15,101 nucleotides of DNA from the NCBI GenBank assembly GCA_964636545.1, contig CAZWSR010000014.1, positions 1 to 15,101 on the forward strand, written 5' to 3'. Within the stretch, counting starts at the first letter, position 1. Each line of letters starts with the position of its first letter. Under the pieces are notes generated by a model. The model searched no databases, was not told the origin of the DNA, and was given only the letters and a program-made list of their open reading frames with translations. Both the position numbers and the translations under genes were made by a program. Source of the stretch: Candidatus Undinarchaeota archaeon (GTDB taxonomy: Archaea > Undinarchaeota > Undinarchaeia > Undinarchaeales > UBA543). This document shows, piece after piece, positions 1 through 6,773 of this stretch.

Positions 1-1256
1 AAATCAAGAGAATTAAAAACACCATTACTATCAATATCACCACAAGCAGGCATTCGACATGCGCCATCAAGACATCGCATTAACTCATATGGGACGTCAT
101 CAGATGAAGTACAATCAACAACAGACACATGCTCAACACCATCTGTACAATAATATTCAGTCAAGGTTCGTCCATCTTCACTACAAGTATCTGATTTTTT
201 TGAAAGTTTACCATAGAAATATGATTCAACACTTCCAGAATGATACAAACTTCGACCACCATTTTCTACTATTTCGCCATCAGAATCATAAGCAGTACAC
301 ACTGTTGGACCCCCAGGTCCGCATGAGCTAAGGTCTGTAACATCGTCAACAACTCCGTCTTCAAAACACCCAACACCAGCTTGTCCAAACTCCCCATCAA
401 TGCAGGAGTCGACAATTTTTGGAACACATGCGTGATTTTCACAAACATACTCAGTTATGGAGTTTTCATTGCGACAGGCGTCCTTGAACACATCAGGAAC
501 CCCGTCAGTGACATGCTCAGCATCAGTACAGTAACCAGGAATAGCTGGTTCATAACCACCATCAGAATCAATACAGGCACCTATAATACTTACATCTTCT
601 GAGAACAACATATCGCCTTGTTCAAAAATATTGTAACCAATATCTTCATCATCAATTGTACTTATTGTAAGATCATTCAAACTAATTGAACCATCAACAC
701 CGGAATCGCCAATAACTGCAAAGTCAAATCTAAGAAGATTTGCACCGTTGTCAATTTCAAGAACATTAACGCCAGAGTATCTCAAACTTAGTGGAAGTTT
801 TTCTATACCCAGATCATCCCCAATTACCTCTGACCCAATTTCCTCAAGTTTCTTGTGAGAAAGTTGAAGAGTATTAGGTTTGTAAGATTCTATATTATTA
901 AGCTTGAACATTGTGCGGTCATAAGAAATTGTAACTGTAAGTGCATTCATGTTTATGCCTTTTGATTCTGCACGAACATAAAGTGAAAACTCATCATCAA
1001 GATTAACAGTAGAACCCTCAAGATTTACATTGGAATTTGCATGGAGTCCAAGGAAACCAATCTTAGCACCTTCATAAGATCTAGTATAATGGAATTTTCC
1101 AGCCATATCATTACCGCCACTTGTAAACAGGAAGCCTGCACCAACAATGACAAGTATCAGAAAAGCGCCGCCAAGGACAAGAAATTTATTCTCGCCAAAA
1201 AACTGACCAAAATTAAGGCTGTTAGTAGTCGAAGAGTTTGTGTTCTTCTTAGACAT
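1..1256 (-). CDS. Membrane-anchored surface protein with cohesin-like domain, two Cys-rich CxDSDG repeats and the beginning of a dockerin-like motif (3' end runs off the window)
   Basis: Not in the ORF track. Manual translation is open from ATG 1256 to the left edge (418 codons). MSKKNTNS...KFLVLGGAFLILVIVGAGFLF is a TM helix. VNLDDEFSLYVRAES..NALTVTISYDRTMFKL...NLLRFDFAVIGDSGVDGSISLNDLTIS is cohesin-like (~580-1020). CIDSDGG...TEYVC and CTAYDSDG...TLTEYYC...CLDGAC are the repeats. It ends CGDIDSNGVFNSLD at 1-44. TATA box at 1283-1290. Confidence 0.85.
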   Translation of the reverse strand, partial: MSKKNTNSSTTNSLNFGQFFGENKFLVLGGAFLILVIVGAGFLFTSGGNDMAGKFHYTRSYEGAKIGFLGLHANSNVNLEGSTVNLDDEFSLYVRAESKGINMNALTVTISYDRTMFKLNNIESYKPNTLQLSHKKLEEIGSEVIGDDLGIEKLPLSLRYSGVNVLEIDNGANLLRFDFAVIGDSGVDGSISLNDLTISTIDDEDIGYNIFEQGDMLFSEDVSIIGACIDSDGGYEPAIPGYCTDAEHVTDGVPDVFKDACRNENSITEYVCENHACVPKIVDSCIDGEFGQAGVGCFEDGVVDDVTDLSSCGPGGPTVCTAYDSDGEIVENGGRSLYHSGSVESYFYGKLSKKSDTCSEDGRTLTEYYCTDGVEHVSVVDCTSSDDVPYELMRCLDGACRMPACGDIDSNGVFNSLD

Positions 1257-1282
1257 AATGGAAATAATAGTAGCTCGTATTA

Positions 1283-1290
1283 TATATAAA
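1283..1290 (-). promoter_or_regulatory. Archaeal TATA box for the 1256 CDS
   Basis: TTTATATA on the minus strand, beginning 34 nt upstream of ATG 1256. Confidence 0.6.
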
Positions 1291-1299
1291 GGTGTTGTC

Positions 1300-2580
1300 C
1301 TAAGGTCCGTCGCCAACTGGCTCACAACAAGATACACCATCTAGGCAAAAATTCTCATCAGATGCAAAATAACCTGGCCCTCTTGCGTCACAAGCAAAAT
1401 CAGCAGGCATATCTCCGCAGTAACTGCCAGGCACAGGGCAAGGATCTGGGATACAGCAACCAAGAGGTGCAATATTTGATGGGCAAGAAAGTGGTGCATT
1501 ATTTGGACCAGTTAATTCCTCAGCAAGATAACCAGCAGGACAAGAGAAACCTTCTTCAGAAAGCACAAACTCAAGACAAGTAGCACCTGCACCAAATGGG
1601 TCATTAGCTGCATAGCCACCACATGTTGGTTCACAACAAACATAATTAGAACCAATTGGAATTCCCATGATTTTGGGATGTGCCACTAGCATCCCAAGAC
1701 AATTACCCTGATTTGTTTTTAGAAGAATATTCCAGCCAGTTGCGTCACCAGCGCAATTGCTGTTAGCATCAACTGTTCCATAATATTGGCAATTGGCACT
1801 GCAACCATCGCCGTTTATATTATTACCATCATCACATTCTTCACCAGTATCAAGCTGCATGTTTCCGCAAAGAAGTCCTCCGTCACCGCCATCATCACCA
1901 CCATCTCCGTCACCAGCCCCATCCCCAGTTCCATCATCACCAGCACTTGCGTTGGTAGTACAGACGCCCCAGAAACATTCTTCAGTTGGACCGCAAGAAG
2001 AATCAATAAAGGTCAAACCATTTGATTTTGTTGCATCACAATCATATTGGCGCAAGAATCCAGTACTAAGACACTTATCACCGCTTACGGTTTTCACACC
2101 ATTTGGATAATAATCTACAACACCACGAACATACGGGTCATTTTCAATATCAGAATCAGTGCACATTGCAGACCATTCTTTGCAAGCACCATCATCGCAA
2201 TATTCGCCTTCAGCACAGTCACGAGCTTCTTGAGCACAAACAATTCCATTGCAATAATATTCAGTTAAAGTATTATCAGAACACACATCAAAAATTCCAT
2301 CTTTATTTTCGCCATTATCAACACACATTCCAGCAGTTGCATAATCTTTTCCTTGGTCACTATCAACACATCGATCACCAACAACCGGCACAACAGGAGT
2401 TTCATTGACATCAGGAATTATGCCAGCACCGCCACAACATGGCTCAATATTAATTTTGAAATCATAACCTAGTAAAGATAATGTAACGCCACCAATTGCT
2501 AAAATAATAAGCACGGCACCGGCAAGAATCAGAAGCTTGCTTGGGGTACCCATTCTATTGAAAAAAGTTTTTTCAGACAT
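1300..2580 (-). CDS. Cys-rich membrane-anchored surface protein (two CxDSD repeats, Gly/Asp linker, Myxococcus-type cysteine-rich repeat)
   Basis: N-terminal TM helix (LLILAGAVLIILAIGGVTLSLLGY). Repeats CVDSDQG...TLTEYYC...CDDGAC and CTDSDIE...CFWGVC. CGNMQLDTGEECDDGNNINGDGCSANCQ fits the myxobacterial Cys-rich repeat (DUF4215-like) pattern. Start moved from 2640 to ATG 2580 because a TATA box lies at 2606-2613 and the longer start overlaps the upstream gene. Confidence 0.85.
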   Translation of the reverse strand: MSEKTFFNRMGTPSKLLILAGAVLIILAIGGVTLSLLGYDFKINIEPCCGGAGIIPDVNETPVVPVVGDRCVDSDQGKDYATAGMCVDNGENKDGIFDVCSDNTLTEYYCNGIVCAQEARDCAEGEYCDDGACKEWSAMCTDSDIENDPYVRGVVDYYPNGVKTVSGDKCLSTGFLRQYDCDATKSNGLTFIDSSCGPTEECFWGVCTTNASAGDDGTGDGAGDGDGGDDGGDGGLLCGNMQLDTGEECDDGNNINGDGCSANCQYYGTVDANSNCAGDATGWNILLKTNQGNCLGMLVAHPKIMGIPIGSNYVCCEPTCGGYAANDPFGAGATCLEFVLSEEGFSCPAGYLAEELTGPNNAPLSCPSNIAPLGCCIPDPCPVPGSYCGDMPADFACDARGPGYFASDENFCLDGVSCCEPVGDGP

Positions 2581-2605
2581 AATGAAAACTAATATGCAGA
2601 TTGCG

Positions 2606-2613
2606 TTTATAAA
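2606..2613 (-). promoter_or_regulatory. Archaeal TATA box for the 2580 CDS
   Basis: TTTATAAA on the minus strand, beginning 33 nt upstream of ATG 2580. Confidence 0.55.
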
Positions 2614-2618
2614 AGTAA

Positions 2619-2813
2619 CTACTTGTAATGTTTCTTCCAAAATCTTTCCGCGCGTTTTTTCAGTAAAGTAAACTGGTCAGTTATCCATTTACTTTCAAGA
2701 AAAGTAACACCAAGAAACACTAGCAACCAACCCTGAAGAATAGGAACAAACCAGCCAATAATTCCAATACAAATCAAGAAAATTCCAATAATTTTTTTTA
2801 TTTTTTGTTTCAT
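2619..2813 (-). CDS. Small membrane protein, PGPGW-like family
   Basis: 64 aa hydrophobic hairpin GIFLICIGIIGWFVPILQGWLLVFLGVTFL with a basic C-terminal tail. ATGA overlap with the upstream GDPD stop. Confidence 0.7.
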   Translation of the reverse strand: MKQKIKKIIGIFLICIGIIGWFVPILQGWLLVFLGVTFLESKWITDQFTLLKKRAERFWKKHYK

Positions 2814-3538
2814 TTTTCAAGATCTTCCACTAGTTTTCGAACTTCGTGAAAATTACTTGTGAGAATTCCTTTTAATGTAGGATTTTTTAGAAACGGTTTG
2901 AGATTTGTTTTGGAATCAACACAAGAAACATGCACAGGAATTCCTCGTTTTTCAGCTCGCCATAACAAACCAGTTGGAAGAAGTTTCCAATTTAATGAAA
3001 TAAAATCAGCATTGCATTCATCAATTCGCTTGAATGGAAACACTTCTGCAATTCGAGTTTCAAAAAATTCATTTTCTTTTGGTTTTTTCTCATATAACCG
3101 CAATCCTGCTTGGATGTTTGGATCTTTATTTTTCAAAAGAGTTATTGTGCGGTCATTAAATGAAGAAATTATATAACGAGAATTATCAGGAAGGTATGTA
3201 TGCAAAAACTCAACAAACTCAGCTTCATAGCCTTCTTCCTTTAATTCAAAATCAAATTGCATTTCTGGAAGTTCACCAATCACATCTTCAAGACGAGGAA
3301 TATCATATCCTTTGTTTTTTGAAATATCTTGAGCAGTTTTATAAGAAATACCACTTAAAAAAATGCCGCTTATGTCTGCTTCATAATGTGCAATAAAAAC
3401 ATTGTCTTTGGTTCTGCGGATATCAAGTTCAATCATTTCAACACCAGCCTCAGCTGATTTTTTGAAATCTTCCATGGTGTTTCCGCGCGTCTCTTCAGAA
3501 AGACTGCCTCGGTGCGCGATGATTTTTATTCTCCCCAT
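2810..3538 (-). CDS. Glycerophosphodiester phosphodiesterase (GDPD) family protein, divergent
   Basis: IIAHRG, MIELDIRRTKD, FELKE and IISSFN motifs. TAATG overlap with the upstream gene. Confidence 0.85.
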   Translation of the reverse strand: MGRIKIIAHRGSLSEETRGNTMEDFKKSAEAGVEMIELDIRRTKDNVFIAHYEADISGIFLSGISYKTAQDISKNKGYDIPRLEDVIGELPEMQFDFELKEEGYEAEFVEFLHTYLPDNSRYIISSFNDRTITLLKNKDPNIQAGLRLYEKKPKENEFFETRIAEVFPFKRIDECNADFISLNWKLLPTGLLWRAEKRGIPVHVSCVDSKTNLKPFLKNPTLKGILTSNFHEVRKLVEDLEK

Positions 3539-4743
3539 TAGTTTTTCTTTTTCCTCTCAACCTTTATAAGATTAGTGGTATCTTTTGAGATTTTATCAAA
3601 TCCAAAGAAGTGTCCGCAGTTGGCACAGCTTCTTGATAGTGTTTTTTTCTTCACACCACAATCTGGACAAAACAACGGCGTTTTGAATTGTGGAAGTTTG
3701 AATTTCGGAAACTTGAAAGAACTTTTTGGTTTATCAGATGATTCAGGCTCATCCATATAACCTGGCTCTTCAGTTTCAAGAACTTCGCCGCCCCAAGGAT
3801 TAACAACTTCGTCTTGAAGTTTGGTAGATTTCTCTTGCTTCAAGACTTGTCCAGTCTTAGATTTTGATGTCTGGACATTGTCTTTTGGTTCTTCTTCAGT
3901 TTTTGGTTCTTCATCAGGTTTTTCAAAAAAGTCAGCAGGCATTTCAGGATCGTCTGGTTCACCATCTGTTGGTTCATTTGTTTCAATTGACTCTTCTTCA
4001 AGAGTATTAGAAATTAGTTCATCTGTTTTAGTTACTTCAGGTTCTTCAGTTTGGAATTTAGAATTTGGAATTTGGAGTTTAGAATCTTCTACTGCCTCCT
4101 GCCCACTGCCTCCTGCCCTTTCTTCCTGCTCCTCAATCACAACTGGTAATTTAACAGAACCAACACGGACTTGCATTCCTTTAAGTTCATGGAATTTTGC
4201 AATCATTAAATCGGTTGCTTCTTTTACAGAATCGCCAACAGAAATTGCACCATGCTCTTTAATAACAAGGAAATCATTCTTGCCCATTGTCTTAACAACA
4301 TCATATGCTAACTCCAAAGTTCCGTAATTTAAGAAATTATTTGTACACAAAAATCCACTTGTTGCAACTTTTGCTTCATTTAGAAAAGCGCCAGCATGCG
4401 TATGAACAATTGCATTTGCACTTGGGTTAGTTTTGTAAATCAAAAAATGTAATATTGCTTCAGAAGAAGGATTTGCCTTCCCCTCAGCTGCAACAATCCG
4501 GTTTTTAAGATCGCAATCAGTTACTAAAACAAAATCGTCAGCAGAAAGTTTGTCAAGTGTTGTGCCAGACGCAGTAATTAGAAAACCATCTTTTGTGCGA
4601 ACTGAAATGTTTCCGGAACTTCCGAAAACTAGATTTTCAGTATCCAGGCGGGTGCCTGCAGTAACTATTTCTTTTGTTTTTCCATGCCTTATTTGCTTGC
4701 TTGTAAGCTGTGGCTTGAATTTAACTCCAATGTAATCTTCCAA
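3538..4743 (-). CDS. Class II aldolase/adducin family protein fused to an acidic linker and a C-terminal zinc ribbon
   Basis: SGNISVR, LITASG, PSSE..LH..IY, AIVHTH and EHGA motifs (HxH...H metal ligands). Long Glu/Pro-rich linker. C-terminal CPDCG...CANCG. TTG start preceded by a G-rich SD-like GGGGAG. Confidence 0.85.
   Translation of the reverse strand: MEDYIGVKFKPQLTSKQIRHGKTKEIVTAGTRLDTENLVFGSSGNISVRTKDGFLITASGTTLDKLSADDFVLVTDCDLKNRIVAAEGKANPSSEAILHFLIYKTNPSANAIVHTHAGAFLNEAKVATSGFLCTNNFLNYGTLELAYDVVKTMGKNDFLVIKEHGAISVGDSVKEATDLMIAKFHELKGMQVRVGSVKLPVVIEEQEERAGGSGQEAVEDSKLQIPNSKFQTEEPEVTKTDELISNTLEEESIETNEPTDGEPDDPEMPADFFEKPDEEPKTEEEPKDNVQTSKSKTGQVLKQEKSTKLQDEVVNPWGGEVLETEEPGYMDEPESSDKPKSSFKFPKFKLPQFKTPLFCPDCGVKKKTLSRSCANCGHFFGFDKISKDTTNLIKVERKKKN
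4050..4118. repeat. Two adjacent heptamer tandem arrays inside the aldolase linker
   Basis: 4050-4084: TTTGGAA TTTAGAA TTTGGAA TTTGGAG TTTAGAA. 4091-4118: ACTGCCT CCTGCCC ACTGCCT CCTGCCC. Confidence 0.85.
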
Positions 4744-4759
4744 GTTTCTCCCCTTCCCC

Positions 4760-5467
4760 CTAGCTTAATGCCAGTGGTAAAAAGTATGTGAGTACTGCTA
4801 TAAATAATATTACTATGAAGCCCTTGACTGCCTGAAGATAGTTCATGCCAAAAGCCATTAAAACACCACCCAACATTCCACCTAAATGAGTCATATGCGC
4901 AACAGGAGTTGCGAAATCACCAGCAACCATTAATGGAATTACAGAAATAACATATAGCACTGATGCAAGCGAAACTGGTATCGGAATCAGGAAAGGCATT
5001 GGACTTATCATAAATGGACGAATCAAGGTGAAGTACGCCATAATTCCATAAATTGCACCTGAAGCACCAACTGTTGAGACATTTGCTGGAGCAAGTAGGG
5101 TAAAGAAACCAGCACCAAGGAACCCAGAGACAACATAAACCATTATAAATTGTGGCCAGCCAAGATGCTTTTCCATATTATAACCAAAGAACAACAAACC
5201 AAGAGTATTTACAAACAAATGCATTGGATTTGCGTGAAAGAACATATATGAGAACATAGTATATGCCTGACCAGATACGATTTTTGCCCCAGAAACTGCA
5301 TATTTTGTTATCAAATGTGGGGCATACGCATAGGAATAAATGAAAATCCCAATGTTCAGAAGAACAATCCAAATAACATTGCTCCTCTGCTTAAATGACA
5401 TAATTGCAAAGAAGAATAAGTAAGATATTCCGATTGCTACTAGCAGAATCCCAATAAGGAAATTCAT
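4760..5467 (-). CDS. Rhomboid family intramembrane serine protease
   Basis: Multi-pass hydrophobic protein with HANPMHLFVN, catalytic VGASGAIYG and AHMTHLGGMLGG motifs. TAATG overlap with the upstream gene. Confidence 0.92.
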   Translation of the reverse strand: MNFLIGILLVAIGISYLFFFAIMSFKQRSNVIWIVLLNIGIFIYSYAYAPHLITKYAVSGAKIVSGQAYTMFSYMFFHANPMHLFVNTLGLLFFGYNMEKHLGWPQFIMVYVVSGFLGAGFFTLLAPANVSTVGASGAIYGIMAYFTLIRPFMISPMPFLIPIPVSLASVLYVISVIPLMVAGDFATPVAHMTHLGGMLGGVLMAFGMNYLQAVKGFIVILFIAVLTYFLPLALS

Positions 5468-6630
5468 TAACCAAGCCCTGTTCTTAGTTTGTTACACATA
5501 TTCTTCATCAAGCCTGAACTAAAGTCAGAGTAAAATGGCTGAGAGGTTCCTCGGTCAATTCTGAGTCTTGGCGTGAATTCATCCCCACACCATTGATCAG
5601 CTAAAGTATAATTTCCAAGATAGTCGCGTGGAAGATTCACTTCACTGAAAAAGGAACAACTATCAGAAACACAAACAACTTTATTGATATTTTTTAGTGG
5701 AACTTCAACAACATACTCATCTTTTGTTGAATGTTCAGTAAGGAATGTTGCACGGAAATCGCGGTTAAGATCATCATAAAGGTCTTCTGTGAAATTACCT
5801 GCAAGGAAGAAAACTCTGGATCTGGAATATTCAATATCTTTAAGATCTATTAAATCAGACACATCAGCCCCACCAAATTCAGACACACCAACATCATATT
5901 TCTCGCATTGGGTTTGTGAGCGATCAGAAGTATCGTAAGTTAATTTAATTTCAAAAGTAACATTTGTATTTTCAACAACATTGAACTCTTCCCAATATTG
6001 GTAATAATAATCACCATATTTCATTAAGTCGGCATCTGTGTAAATTTCACCATATTCAATTGTATTGCCATTTACAAAACGACCTTGCACTTCAAAATTA
6101 TAATATTTCATGTCAGTGGAAAGTGGCATACTCAAATAACCGAAAACATTGTCACCAACAAAAAGCTTTTCAATTTCAGTTGGACCAAACTCCATATCAT
6201 AATTTTTGTCAACAAATTGGTGAACCTTGTTAATTGGCAAGTACTCATTAACGAAAATATTTAATTCAGTTGGGTCACACCAGTCTTCAAATTCAATAGC
6301 ATGCTCAACAGTTTCTGTGGCTTCTTCATCTGACATTGAACTATCTGAACATATCAGCTGTGGAGGATCACTTTCTGCAACACCACAAGTTGTGTCATCC
6401 GGACAAGTGTAGGATGCGCATGGATTGTTTGCAATTTCATCAGTTACACAGATAGGACCTTTGTTTGGCATTGAGAGACAATCATATCCAGTTTGACATC
6501 TGATAGTAGCGTCACAGGATTCGCCTGCAGAGGCTAAAGTATCAACAGGTTCGGTTGGTGTTTCAGCTTGGATACACCCACTTAAAACCGATATTATTAA
6601 AATAGACAAGAGTACGAGTAGTTTTTTCAT
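5467..6630 (-). CDS. Hypothetical secreted/lipoprotein-like protein with N-terminal Cys-rich module
   Basis: MKKLLVLLSILIISVLSGC lipobox-like signal, an 8-Cys segment (aa ~39-94), then an acidic domain of unknown family. GAGG SD and a TTTTTAAA box at ~6660-6667. Confidence 0.8.
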   Translation of the reverse strand: MKKLLVLLSILIISVLSGCIQAETPTEPVDTLASAGESCDATIRCQTGYDCLSMPNKGPICVTDEIANNPCASYTCPDDTTCGVAESDPPQLICSDSSMSDEEATETVEHAIEFEDWCDPTELNIFVNEYLPINKVHQFVDKNYDMEFGPTEIEKLFVGDNVFGYLSMPLSTDMKYYNFEVQGRFVNGNTIEYGEIYTDADLMKYGDYYYQYWEEFNVVENTNVTFEIKLTYDTSDRSQTQCEKYDVGVSEFGGADVSDLIDLKDIEYSRSRVFFLAGNFTEDLYDDLNRDFRATFLTEHSTKDEYVVEVPLKNINKVVCVSDSCSFFSEVNLPRDYLGNYTLADQWCGDEFTPRLRIDRGTSQPFYSDFSSGLMKNMCNKLRTGLG

Positions 6631-6684
6631 TTTTCCTCAGATAGCATATGTAATAGTAGTTTAAAAAGTTAATTGATTTAATTT

Positions 6685-6753
6685 GGTAGCAGGTAGCAGC
6701 CCTCGGCCCTCAGGTCAAACTGTCCTGACTGCTGAGGGCTGAATGCTGACACC
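6685..6753. repeat. Intergenic imperfect inverted repeat built from heptamer units
   Basis: Left arm GGTAGCA GGTAGCA GCCCTCG GCCCTCA GGTCA, 8-nt loop, right arm TGACTGC TGAGGGC TGAATGC TGACACC. A GC-rich patch in an AT-rich spacer. Confidence 0.75.
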
Positions 6754-6773
6754 TTAACAAATATAACCAAATA

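Noticed and set aside
1880-1945. CCATCA/CCGTCA-like tandem repeats
   Set aside because: Codon-periodic sequence encoding a Gly/Asp linker (GDDGTGDGAGDGDGGDDGG), an ordinary low-complexity spacer.
2581-2640. Longer TTG start for the 446-aa ORF
   Set aside because: It overlaps the upstream gene and spans the TATA box. ATG 2580 fits better.
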